Of a stretch of DNA of 64,000 nt, positions 21,700 to 31,599 are shown one piece after another. The position numbers and the translations under genes are program-made. The stretch is from Paramoeba atlantica (taxonomy: Eukaryota; Protista; Discosea). Position 1 is the stretch's first letter; each line of letters starts with the position of its first letter. The notes under the pieces are model-generated. The model was not told where the DNA came from, searched no databases, and was given only the letters and a program-made list of their open reading frames with translations. The stretch spans positions 62,001 to 126,000 of the forward strand of contig CDRNVI010000103.1 in the NCBI GenBank assembly GCA_977017575.1. The letters run 5' to 3'.

Positions 21700-23255
21700 T
21701 AGTAGTGTTCAGCCTCTTTTACCCCCCCCCTACAGGTCTTGTATTTTGTCCGATTTTGTAAATATTTGGTATAACACCGTTTTTCGACCCAATCGTTCCG
21801 AATCCGAGGTCCTTTTCACTCGAGCGACCCCCTACCCCCCCTAGCCAGGTAGGGGTCAAAAAAACTAATTGCGACTTTTTTCGGGGTATTTTTTTCGAAT
21901 TTATCGGATGAATATGAATAGTAAAGTAGGTCAGAAGACGTGGAAAAAGAGTGCAAAGTAATCTCTAGTATTTAGTCATATGCCCTTTGGCCTCCTTGAC
22001 CAAAAGTAAACGTTTACGATAGTTCCGGAAGATATTCTTAAACATTTCCGGTTGATCTTCGGAAACAAAATGAAAAGTTTCAATGATGGACTCCCGAAGT
22101 TGAGTCCTGTTTCGGGGTTTCAGCACATCCTTTACGCGGCGAGACATCGCTGCCCACGCCGTTGCAACGGGGTTTAAATCAGGGGAGAGAGGGGGGAAGT
22201 CAAGACGACGTTTCAGATACTTTTTTTTAACAATCGAGTGGGTGGGGGCGTTGTCCATTTGTAGGATGGGCTTCCGGTGCGAACGAAAAAAACTGGCCAT
22301 GCCACTTTCTTCATAAGCCAGTAAAATCTGTTCGGAGTTAACAGAAGCACCCTGTTCTCCCTCAAAGATGAAGAAGAACAGACCGTAGTTATAGGAATAC
22401 CCCATCCACACCATTATCCCCCTCCCCCCAAAATGTTTTCCCCGCCGGTCCGATTGCCTCAGACGGGGTGCTCGCTTGCGACCGACGTAAAAGTCGGCGT
22501 TTGACCCCGCACAGCAACTGAACAGTTTTTTGTCGGTAAAAACAATGTTCAGATAGTCAGCGTCACTCCACTTAAGCATACCCTTCACATACTTAAGACG
22601 GAGTTGAATGTGACGCGGTTTGAGACCAAGGTCTTTGGCCTTGCGAAGGCGCCCATAGCCCTTAAAATTAAGAGCTCGCCGGACACTACTCAGGGAGCCT
22701 CCGTGATTGCTTCGCACCTCGCGATGCACGACAGAGAACGTAGGACAACCCTCCACGGTATCCTTCGACACTCTCCGGCACGCAGAAACACATGCTTCAA
22801 CGTACCTTTGTGTAAGGACCGTACGCACCCCCTCGCTAGGTGGAGTACTGACATGCCCGTGCTCATACTTCCGCACCCAATACTTTACAGTCCTGGGGGC
22901 AAGTTTATGGAGTTTTGCGACTGCCTTATAGGACTTAAGTCGTTCGTAATCGATTACGAGTGCCGTGCGCATCTCGGGGCGGACGCGGGAGGAAGGTAAA
23001 CACAGGGGGCGGTGCCTCTTCGTCATGAATCACCAATAAATGTACCAATTTTGAAAAAAAATGTACTCTGTGAAAAACAAATCGACTCTTTTGCAGCTTT
23101 TTTCCGGTTTAGGTATGATACAGGTGTCCACGAGTGAAAAGGACCTCGGATTCGGAACGATTGGGTCGAAAAACTGTCCCATACAAAATATTTCCAAAAT
23201 CGGACAAAATACAAGACCTGTAGGGGGGGGGGGTAAAAGAGGCTGAACACTACTG
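21700..23255 (-). mobile_element. Tc1/mariner element 2 (1556 bp, ~125 bp imperfect TIRs, TA TSD)
   Basis: TIRs 21700-21822 and 23131-23255, (C/T)AGTAGTGTTCAGCCTCTTTTACCCCC...CCTTTTCACTCG. TA on both sides; empty site CGCCTATTTAAACAC in the family G copy near 33940. Confidence 0.92.
21965..23026 (-). CDS. Tc1/IS630-type transposase, open frame, third catalytic residue Ala instead of Glu
   Basis: N-terminal HTH YKAVAKLHKLAPRTVKYWVRKY; NIVFTDKK; LQMDNAPTH; LDFPPLSPDLNPVATAW. Confidence 0.9.
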   Translation of the reverse strand: MTKRHRPLCLPSSRVRPEMRTALVIDYERLKSYKAVAKLHKLAPRTVKYWVRKYEHGHVSTPPSEGVRTVLTQRYVEACVSACRRVSKDTVEGCPTFSVVHREVRSNHGGSLSSVRRALNFKGYGRLRKAKDLGLKPRHIQLRLKYVKGMLKWSDADYLNIVFTDKKLFSCCAGSNADFYVGRKRAPRLRQSDRRGKHFGGRGIMVWMGYSYNYGLFFFIFEGEQGASVNSEQILLAYEESGMASFFRSHRKPILQMDNAPTHSIVKKKYLKRRLDFPPLSPDLNPVATAWAAMSRRVKDVLKPRNRTQLRESIIETFHFVSEDQPEMFKNIFRNYRKRLLLVKEAKGHMTKY

Positions 23256-23811
23256 TATTTAAACACACTTGTAAAAAATGTTAAAAAAATATATAAAAAA
23301 AACTCCAAAAAATAATTTGTAAAAATCCCATTAAAATTGTCTATTAAAGGATGCAATTCTCTTTTATTAAGTTTCACATGGGAAAACAACATAGATTAAA
23401 GAGACCATGTTCCATCATCGTTCTTGACAATGCACCGGGTCATGGGCAAGTCCGTCGTGCGGGATTGCAAGCAGGGCTAAACATTATTGGAGGGAGTGCA
23501 AGTGGCCCTACGAAGGTCTCAAAAAATACCTACAGCGTTCGCCACCGGTCGTCACCGATCGTCACCGACTCCCAGAAAACGACACTTTGAAGGCCAAAAT
23601 GTTCAACTTTATGACTGACTGATCAATATAATTATACATCGGCAAAAACAATTTAGCATTTTATACACCACCAGTTTATGCATTCCTAACTATTTTGTTA
23701 GTTCCATTAATGCAAAATTCTCGCTGTTCTACGAAATTTTGTGATACTTGTGGGGAAGATTAATGGTCGATCCTTCGAACCTCAAAAAATACCTAAAGGG
23801 GGGGTACACCC

Positions 23812-24018
23812 ACTATTGGCAATCACCCACTCTTGGAAATCACCCACTATTGGCAAACTCACCCACTAGTGGCAATCACCCACTATTGGCAAATAATTAA
23901 TTACCTCAAAATTTGTTAAGATGGAATTTCTAAATGTACATTAGTAGCAGCTAATGGACACCTTGAAGGCTGCGGCCATAAAGGAATATTAAACTATAAA
24001 TTAACTGATAATAAAGTT
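23812..24018. repeat. Tandem 18-20-mers (CACCCACTATTGGCAAT) and left copy of a ~169 bp direct repeat (23850-24018)
   Basis: Five CACCCACT(A/C)(T/G)TGG units; 23850-24018 is near-identical to 25161-25329. Confidence 0.85.
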
Positions 24019-25160
24019 TTTTATTTTCTTTTTTGAAGTATGAATCGCGGCATTGCCTCTATTTTGACCCAGTAGACGAACCAAGTACTGTAGGTCCATT
24101 GGGGGGGGGTATATGAATTGAAAACAAGCAATCAAATTAGTAATTTTACGAATTAACACAGATTAATGTTACACAGACAAATGTCCCCCCTGTAAAGAAA
24201 ATTTTTCTCTCTCCTTCCCCTCTTTCTCTCTCACTTTCTCACCTCTTGACCTACTTTTCCCACCTTTCTCCCTACTTCCCTACTTTCCCCTACCCAACTT
24301 CTCAACTTTTCAGGGAGGGTAAGGTCTCCCTCAGCTTCGCCTTACCCGGCCTGCAGGCGGCTCCTCAACCATTCGCGCGTTTCGGACCGGGTCTTTCGAC
24401 CTCTCCACGGCCTGACATGTGAACCCTTCCCTTGTTATACGGGAGGGCGCAGGCGCGGGCCTGTGTCGACAGCGACACGGTCACGAAACAGGATGCTGGC
24501 CGACGGGGAGGAGACTCACAACCCGTGTACTACCTCACTTGGGGTACCTAGTTCTCGCGGGCTAGGCGTGAGCATAGACTGTCGACTCGACCAGCATTCG
24601 GGCCAGTGGTTTGTGGCCCCGCACATGGCGCCTTCGCCATGCCCCTAAGCGCCTTCAAGGGGGGCGTTAGGGTCACTGACAACTATCATGGAGACCATCA
24701 TCCGAGCCTGGGAACGCATCAACGTGATATTAAGCTCTTGCGAGAGGATGTTTCGTGCCTGAGTGTCTGTCAAAAGACAGTTCGACACGTTGGCACGTAA
24801 CGCTCCCACCTTCCACAGGACCGTCATGGCACTTCTGCTCCATGAGCCGAAGGACTCAAAAACCATGGCTGCGAACAGTAACTGAGCCGCTTCCGCTTCC
24901 TGGCGCTGCTTCCCTTTCGTTTCAGAGAAGTGTTCAGCAAAAGACCCCGCAGCCACCCAGCTAGCATTACGGACTGAGTCCAAATACTTCAATTGCTGTG
25001 CGTGGGTGACTGCGAAGTCTAGAACCATGCCACCTCCCAGTTCATAGTTGGGGAGAAAAACATCGCCTGGTCTGGTGAGACCTCCTCCAGGTCCCCGATT
25101 TCCGAGACTTTATTCCCTTTGCGGAGCCATATTGGCCTTGCTGCAGAAGGAGGTGAACTG
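24019..25160 (-). mobile_element. 5'-truncated non-LTR retrotransposon of the RLE class (CRE/SLACS-like)
   Basis: Minus frame reads ...PQRE*SLG...TRPGDVFLPNYELGGGMVLDFAVTH...ETKGK...FAAMVFESFGSW...LSQELNITLMRSQARM, the typical RLE C-terminal signature. A-rich 3' end at ~24019-24035; flanked by direct repeats. Confidence 0.75.
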
Positions 25161-25329
25161 TTGGCAAACTCACCCACTATTGGCAATCACCCACTATTGG
25201 CAAATAAGTAATTACCTCAAAATTTGTTAAGATGGAATTTCTAAATGTACATTAGTAGCAGCTAATGGACACCTTGAAGGCTGCGGCCATAAAGGAATAT
25301 TAAACTATAAATTAACTGATAATAAAGTT
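25161..25329. repeat. Right copy of the ~169 bp direct repeat
   Basis: TTGGCAAACTCACCCACTATTGG...AACTGATAATAAAGTT, matching 23850-24018. Confidence 0.9.
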
Positions 25330-25334
25330 CTATA

Positions 25335-25420
25335 TTTTATGAAATTTTATGAAAAAATGTTGACCTCCCCACTTAAGAGTCCAAATGCCCAAAATCGGCG
25401 GACTCTTAAGTAGGGAGGGA
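25335..25420. repeat. Element end, family H (CTTAAGAGTCC inverted repeats)
   Basis: Reverse-complement match to 60543-60655; ends GGGAGGGACAG. Confidence 0.6.
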
Positions 25421-25502
25421 CAGCAATATTTGTGCTTTATTTTGACAGGAGGAGTATCTAAATTTACCTATTTATCCCACCTATCTAATTTTCTACCAAC
25501 AC

Positions 25503-25820
25503 ATGTTTCGACTCCTGTCTTCCCTCCGCAAAGGTTCCCTTCCCTCCCTTCGCCCCTTGGGTCATCGCATTCTTATCCAACGCACAGAGGCTGCGAAACA
25601 GACTTCCAGCGGTCTTCTCATTCCGGAACAAGCCCAAGGCCGGGTGAATGAGGGCGTCGTGATGGCTGTTCCTAAGCCCACGAAGGAATTCAAGCCCGCA
25701 GTAAAAGCTGGAGATACGGTGCTGCTGAGTGAGTATGGAGGCACGAAGGTCAAGGTAGATGGTGTCGAAATGGTCATGTTTAATGAGGATCAATTGCTGG
25801 GCGTGGTGGTGGGGAAATAA
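25503..25820 (+). CDS. HSP10: Mitochondrial co-chaperonin 10, copy 1
   Basis: LRPLGHRILIQR...QTSSGLLIPEQAQGRVNEGVVMAV...VKAGDTVLLSEYGGTKVKVDG. Confidence 0.95.
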   Translation: MFRLLSSLRKGSLPSLRPLGHRILIQRTEAAKQTSSGLLIPEQAQGRVNEGVVMAVPKPTKEFKPAVKAGDTVLLSEYGGTKVKVDGVEMVMFNEDQLLGVVVGK

Positions 25821-26187
25821 GAAGTGGAAAGGGGGAAAGGATGGGTAGTTCTTTTGGGCCATCTATGAGGTAGAGCATTAGTACGAAAGGGGTGAACAAA
25901 TTTGCTAAATAATCTTTTTTAAAATGATCATGACAAAAGAAGCAGCACGTTGCATTTGTTTGTTAAGCTTGTGGGAATTATAGAAGATGCTGCTTTTTTG
26001 GTTTGCTAGTTTCCTTGGCTGTACGCAAGTTCCTCAACATTTTTCACAAAGGTACGGGTGTCGCAACGCTTATTCTTGTGCGTTTCATATATCGCTAACA
26101 TTAATTTTATACAATACATTTCTGTGTGCTTTCACATTATTTGGGACTAAAAATTAAGTCAACTTTTTTTTCGCTTTTTATTGCGCA

Positions 26188-26496
26188 ATGTTTCGTCTTA
26201 GTCCGTACGTGGCTCGCAAATCTATTCAACCTTTAGGGAAACGAGTGCTTATCCGACGAGCGCAAGCCGCGAAGGAAACCCAAAGTGGCATCTTAATTCC
26301 TGAGCAAGCTCAGGGAAAGCTAAACGAAGGTACGGTTGTGGCTGTAGCCCCCGCTACTAAAGAATGGACACCCAGTGTGAAGTCCGGGGATCGGGTGTTG
26401 CTGAATGAGTACGGCGGAACAAAAGTAAAAGTAGAAGGAGAAGACCTGATGTTGTTTCCCGAGGAGCAACTTCTTGGTGTTCTGACCGGAAAATAA
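26188..26496 (+). CDS. HSP10: Mitochondrial co-chaperonin 10, copy 2
   Basis: IQPLGKRVLIRR...ETQSGILIPEQAQGKLNEGTVVAV...VLLNEYGGTKVKVEG. Confidence 0.95.
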   Translation: MFRLSPYVARKSIQPLGKRVLIRRAQAAKETQSGILIPEQAQGKLNEGTVVAVAPATKEWTPSVKSGDRVLLNEYGGTKVKVEGEDLMLFPEEQLLGVLTGK

Positions 26497-26929
26497 AAGA
26501 TGTAGGGCCGTGGGAGATATAAATTGTTTTTGTGAGATATTTTGTTTCGCAGATCAAACAATCACTGAGTATAAATTCATTCTTCAAACGTTATTTTATC
26601 ACCGAATCTCTGCTTGGGAGCTTTGCCTGGATATTACAGGTTTCTTTTACAATTAAAATCAAAAATAAAATGAACGTTCCTTGAATACAATATGACGGAT
26701 ACATGCATGTACCACTAAACTAAAATTTTGCTTATTTATTGCTCAGTGTAACTACAGGTTGCTACTTTTTTATCGACACCATAACCCACAAATTTATTTT
26801 TTCAATTTAACAAATTACCTACAAAACCTTAATCCGAAACTATTTCCTCTTTTTTCCGTTACCCCTTTCTCTCTCCTCCATTTTCTTCTCTTTCCTTATA
26901 CTCCCCCTTCTCCACCCCCCTTTCTCCTC

Positions 26930-27418
26930 ATGCACCGTTTTCTTACCCCCTCCCCTTCCCCCTCCCCCCTCCTCCTGGCCTTCGCCCACCGCCTCACCCA
27001 CCCCGACCTCCAGGAGCCTCCACTGGACCAGCAGCTCTTCCGCACCAAACCCTCCCGCGGCCCCCCGGTGGCCCACCAGCTCAATGTCTACACCCGGGCC
27101 CACAAACTTCACCAAAGTGCGAAATGGAAAAAGGCCAATCTCACGCTCAACTTCGCTGGGGGGAAGGACTTAAGATTACGCGATACCCACGGGGAAGGGA
27201 GGCTGGACGCGGACGGGATGTACCGGGATTGGCTGTATGGCACCGAGCGACGGTCCGCGAACCTGCTTTGTGGGGGTCTAGCGGTTCTGGTCGCGCTGCT
27301 GTATTGCTATTCCATGCATTTGCTGCGGCAGGATACGTGGGAGATTCCCGCGAGTTTGTTGCACAAGCCCAAGGTGGTGGGGGGTGGGGAGGGGGAGAGG
27401 GGGAAGGGTGTGTCGTGA
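26930..27418 (+). CDS. Single-TM mitochondrial protein, COA3/CCDC56-like
   Basis: RSANLLCGGLAVLVALLYCYSMHLLRQDTW resembles the COA3 N-x-L...Y-x-YS-M-x-x-x-x-Q-D/E segment. Start chosen at ATG 26930. Confidence 0.5.
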   Translation: MHRFLTPSPSPSPLLLAFAHRLTHPDLQEPPLDQQLFRTKPSRGPPVAHQLNVYTRAHKLHQSAKWKKANLTLNFAGGKDLRLRDTHGEGRLDADGMYRDWLYGTERRSANLLCGGLAVLVALLYCYSMHLLRQDTWEIPASLLHKPKVVGGGEGERGKGVS

Positions 27419-27637
27419 TCGGGTGTTTGTTGCTCTATGGGGAAAGGTATTATGTATAGTATGTGTGATCCAGAAGTTCTTTTTGCCCCAGTTCTTTTTG
27501 CCCCTGTATATGTGATCCTCCTGCATGTACGAATGCATACAAAGCTCTGCTACCCACTCGCTGCTACTTATACGGTTTTTTGGATTTATAGTATTTTTTT
27601 CTCTTGTTAGTGCTGCTATTTTTTTTGTGTCCTCTTC

Positions 27638-29557
27638 ATGATGCCTCGATATCTATTTCTTCGTTCCCTCTCTCTTAAACTGGTTCGATCTGGAACCCTT
27701 CTCCACCTTTCGCATCGTTCCTACACCAACGCGATCGTCTATGGCTCGGGCAGACTGGGTACCGCTCTAATTGCTGCACTTTCCAGAGCTCACACTCCCC
27801 CCGAACGATCTACCCGGAAGGAAGAAACGAGACCCAAGTCGAGTACGAATCCTACTTCGAGCAAACGAACCAATTCTTCTTCCTCTCCCTATTGGAATGC
27901 CTACCGTGCGCTATCGCTCCCTCTTCGCCTGGGGTTTGTTGTGCGAGATACCGAAGCGGCTCAGAGCTTACGTCATAAACGACAGTCACCTGTTTTTTCA
28001 CAATATCAGTTGCCTCGTTCGGTTTCTATTCTGTCTAATGGCTTGGAGGTGGAATCGTTTTTAGAATCGCCCTCGGAGAGGGACAATTTGCCTCCTGTTG
28101 TTTTCCTAGCGCTCCCGACTCGTGCACTACGGGAGGTGATTCAACCCGGCAGCGGGTTTCGTGCGTTGTTTCCAAAATCCGCCAATTGGCCTTCGATTTC
28201 CCCAATTGTTGACTTAAGAAGTGCGAAATCGAAACAAAAACTCGGAGAACAGGAGAAAAAAGAGACAACAACAACGCAAAACGAAAATACGGATTCCGGC
28301 GATCGTTCTCAAAGCTCTTTGAGAAGGAAGCCATCTTGTATTCCAAAAGACGCTCCCCTCCCTCTCGTTGTGTTGGCTACCCGCGGGGTGGATGAGGAGG
28401 GTCGGCTGCCTCATCAGTACCTTCCGTGTGGGGTCCCGTACGTCTACCTCGGTGGTCCAATGGACCCGAGTGATATTGTCGACGGCAAGCCGACATTTAT
28501 TGTGGCCTCCGGAAACGCAGGTGAAAAATATGAAACCCTTGTTCGGGAAATGCTCACCTGCGAGGATCTGCGGTATCCCTTTGTGGTTGGCACTGTGTCC
28601 TCTAGGAAACAGCCGTCATCATCTCCGGACACACGCGTACATCACAGTACCCCTCTGTCGGGTATTGGTGTGCTCGACCTGCCTCTGATTGCCCAGCCGG
28701 AGGGGAGAAACAATCAAACCAGCCCTCAATGTAACGAAACCGGACAAGATGAAAAGGATTCAGCTCCAAATTGGGTTTCCCCTATTTCTTCCTCTTCTTG
28801 TTCATCTGAATTCTCTTCGGGGACTTCGCTAGAGACCGCAATTTGTGCCGCATTTGGCCATTTCATCGCTCTCGGCTGTGGGGTGTTAAGCACCCAGTGG
28901 GGAGGCTCCTTCTCTCCGTTCTGTGCCTACCTCACGCGTTGTACCGAGGAGGTCCATGAGTTTCTCCACGCTCTCGGACTGAACGCTTCTGTGGCCTATT
29001 CCGTCGCAGGTCTTGGAGAGTTTCTCTCCTATGCCAGCGCGCGGAGGAGTTCGTATTTTGTAATGGGCACACGACTCGCCCATGGCCTCCCGGGGTCGTA
29101 TATTTCGCAAAAAACCAAACATCACGAGCCCCATGAAGCGGCACTGGAGCTGTTGGGGATTACCAAGTGGTTGGATCATGTAGAGGGGTTGCTGGTGAGA
29201 GCCCGGCAGAGCCCATCTCCGGAAAAAGAGCAAAAAAACAACGCTGCCGAGGGTTTGCAATATGGAGAGTGTGAGACAAATGGGGAGGACGAACGCTCTC
29301 CGCTACCTTTGCTGCGCGCCACAGTGAAAGTGCTCCGAAATGAGCGCCGGGTATCGGAGTTTGCGGTGCTCGCGCTCGCTCCCTCGGCTGAGCAAATGAG
29401 GTATCGGAGTGTACAACATCCGTTGCTGTCCACCATGAACGTATTTTTTCATCACGTCGAACAGCCTAGTACACAGACAAAGGATGCAATGGAGCAACTG
29501 CGATTGTCGACCCCCGCGCCCCCGCCCGCGATACGCTCCTGGATGGGGATGAAGTGA
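27638..29557 (+). CDS. NAD-dependent glycerol-3-phosphate dehydrogenase-like protein with degenerate active site
   Basis: AIVYGSGRLGTAL (GxGxxG), VFLALPTRAL, VLATRG, YLGGP, IALGCG and AGLGEF occur in GpsA order, with long low-complexity insertions. Confidence 0.7.
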   Translation: MMPRYLFLRSLSLKLVRSGTLLHLSHRSYTNAIVYGSGRLGTALIAALSRAHTPPERSTRKEETRPKSSTNPTSSKRTNSSSSPYWNAYRALSLPLRLGFVVRDTEAAQSLRHKRQSPVFSQYQLPRSVSILSNGLEVESFLESPSERDNLPPVVFLALPTRALREVIQPGSGFRALFPKSANWPSISPIVDLRSAKSKQKLGEQEKKETTTTQNENTDSGDRSQSSLRRKPSCIPKDAPLPLVVLATRGVDEEGRLPHQYLPCGVPYVYLGGPMDPSDIVDGKPTFIVASGNAGEKYETLVREMLTCEDLRYPFVVGTVSSRKQPSSSPDTRVHHSTPLSGIGVLDLPLIAQPEGRNNQTSPQCNETGQDEKDSAPNWVSPISSSSCSSEFSSGTSLETAICAAFGHFIALGCGVLSTQWGGSFSPFCAYLTRCTEEVHEFLHALGLNASVAYSVAGLGEFLSYASARRSSYFVMGTRLAHGLPGSYISQKTKHHEPHEAALELLGITKWLDHVEGLLVRARQSPSPEKEQKNNAAEGLQYGECETNGEDERSPLPLLRATVKVLRNERRVSEFAVLALAPSAEQMRYRSVQHPLLSTMNVFFHHVEQPSTQTKDAMEQLRLSTPAPPPAIRSWMGMK

Positions 29558-29925
29558 AAGGCGAAAGTTTGGCAAAACGGAATTACGTTCCCTCACACAA
29601 CACGTATGGAAGACAAGCCAAAGTACTGTGTTGGATACAGCTTTGCGGGTCGTTGTGGGGTATGTCTCGACTGACCCTTAGTTTTCTCTTTCTAAAGAAC
29701 CATAAGTTCTTTTAGTTTCTTGCACCTTCTGATCCAGAAGATTAAATTTATTTCTAAAGTGTTAAGCCGAATAAAAATGCAAGTGATGTCGCCTACGTCT
29801 ATGAACTTATCCGTTACTCAAGGATTTTCGGGGTTTGTTTGAACACGCTATTTTTTCAAGTTTTTTATTTCGTGAGAAATAGAAAGCCGAAAACGCCCTT
29901 GGATAAGATTAATCTTGCTTGTAAA

Positions 29926-30828
29926 ATGTTTCTCTGCTTTTATTTCATGCTCATCATGACGTTAACGCTCCACGTACATCTATCGGATACACAACAACCT
30001 TCAATCAAACGTCAGCCAACCGATCCGACTTCAGAGTTTCCTATATCGATTATTCGTGCCAGTAAAGTAAACACGAATCTACCACAAGAATATGAACTCG
30101 CTCGATTTATTGAAGATATGAAGAATCCTGACCCTTCATGGAACACATCGACGCCTGCGTGTGAGTGGAATTATGTACACTGTGATGATAGCCAACGTGT
30201 TACAAAACTTGATTGGAAATGGGTAAGAAAGACTCATAGATCCGCTCTGGTTGCTGCAGGCATACTAAGATGGGAATGGTTGCCTCGAACATTGCTTTCT
30301 TGTGACGTATACCACAACCTGTTTACAGGTCCAGTATCGCTTGATGTGTTACCACCTCTCCTTATTTCGCTGAAGCTATCATGGAACAAGTTTACCGGTT
30401 CATTGGACTTTGTTCATTTGCCGCCCATGTTAGAAGAACTCCGGTTAAACAAGAACGAATTTGAATGGCGTGTTGACTTGACACAACTGCCACAGAATTT
30501 ACGTCATCTAGACTTCTCGGAGAACAACCTTTCTGGTCATCTTCAGCTTTCTTGTCTACCGGACAAAATGCGATCTCTTAATTTGTCATCGAATCAATTT
30601 TCGGGATCTCTTTCGCTCCAACATTTACCAGCCTCGCTTAGAGGTCTAACCTGTTCCTCTAATTCCTTCTCGGGTTCAGTCAAGTTTGATTCTCTTCCGG
30701 CAGGAATGAAACTACTGTGTCTAGGGATGAATATAGATTTGTATGGTGAGATTGATGGGTCCCTTTTACCTAAGAAGCTGAAGACCTTGAATTTCCACAG
30801 TACAAAAATTGTGTATAAACGCGGATAG
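29926..30828 (+). CDS. Small LRR protein, paralog 5
   Basis: NLPQEYELARF, PSWNTSTPACEWNYVHC and LRRs. Start could be 29926, 29947 or 29956. Confidence 0.88.
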   Translation: MFLCFYFMLIMTLTLHVHLSDTQQPSIKRQPTDPTSEFPISIIRASKVNTNLPQEYELARFIEDMKNPDPSWNTSTPACEWNYVHCDDSQRVTKLDWKWVRKTHRSALVAAGILRWEWLPRTLLSCDVYHNLFTGPVSLDVLPPLLISLKLSWNKFTGSLDFVHLPPMLEELRLNKNEFEWRVDLTQLPQNLRHLDFSENNLSGHLQLSCLPDKMRSLNLSSNQFSGSLSLQHLPASLRGLTCSSNSFSGSVKFDSLPAGMKLLCLGMNIDLYGEIDGSLLPKKLKTLNFHSTKIVYKRG

Positions 30829-31090
30829 CTTTCGTTCGTAACATGATCATCTTATCTTAATCCCCACCATCTAAGATAGGGATACAGGGGGGAAAAAAGT
30901 TATGTCAACGAAAGTCGAGGCAACAAAAGTTGCGTGAACAAAAGTCGTGTTACACTCAACACAATTATTTCTGTAACAAAAAACAGGAAAACAAAAATTT
31001 ATGTATTTTTTATTGTGCAAAATTTTTAAAAATGAAAATTTTATTTAAATTTGTTTTGCTCAAATTCCAAAAAAACTGATTTTTAACCTA

Positions 31091-31183
31091 AACGAGGGTC
31101 CGGTTTAGCATACCGGTGAGCTCGCACCATACCGGAGGGGTTATGGTACCGTGCGCAGGGCCGATAGCATACCCCCCCCCCTG
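31091..31183. mobile_element. Left end of a J-related MITE (AGCATACC repeats)
   Basis: TA|AACGAGGGTCCGGTTTAGCATACC resembles the reverse complement of the right end at 2040-2062 (GGAATGCTAAACCGGACTGTGGTT|TA). Confidence 0.45.
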
Positions 31184-31599
31184 GTTTTTAGTAGTTCCCC
31201 CTGGTTCTCTTTAGCAGTTCTGAATGGTTGTGCCTAACTCCTTTTTTGTTTGTGTTTAACTTTCTTTTCAATATACACACACAGTACATTACTATTCATA
31301 CCGAATTACCTTCATACCATTACTATTCCACATCTGTCTTTGAATGGTCTGGCTTACCAGTGAGCGTCCGGAGCAATCCGGAATGATTTGGATTGGATTG
31401 GATTTATCCATACCGCCTACATTTCCCCCAACAAAAAAAATCTCCACAAATATTTGTGCAACAGAAATTTGTGAATTTTTTATTGTGCAACAATTTCAAA
31501 AGTGATCAAACCCCATTACTTGAAAGGTATGCCTGTTTGGCCAGTTTCTTTTCTCCCAACTTTGTTTGCGAATTTATTCTAATTTTTTCTTCTGAAGAC

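Larger units (their letters stand above)
21579..23480 (+). mobile_element. Internally deleted Tc1 derivative, family G (host of element 2)
   Basis: Starts TA|CAGGGGGGATCA. 21579-21699 plus 23256-23480 match the reverse complement of 33595-34063. Contains VLDNAPGHGQVRRAGLQAGLNII. Confidence 0.75.

Noticed and set aside
23812-23892. CRISPR-like array of CACCCACTATTGG repeats
   Set aside because: Units abut with only 0-2 nt variation, so there are no spacers; no cas genes; eukaryotic context.
23850-24018. Spliced-leader RNA gene as retroelement target
   Set aside because: No AACTAACGCT...TTTCTGTACTATATTG-like exon on either strand by eye.
24310-24430. HDV-like ribozyme or ingi/L1Tc 77-nt signature
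   Set aside because: GC-rich hairpins are present, but I could not fit the nested pseudoknot, and the region is 3' of the RLE frame rather than at the 5' end.
23850-25329. LTR retrotransposon (repeats as LTRs)
   Set aside because: No TG...CA ends, PBS, gag, RT or integrase; the internal frame is RLE-type with an A-rich tail.
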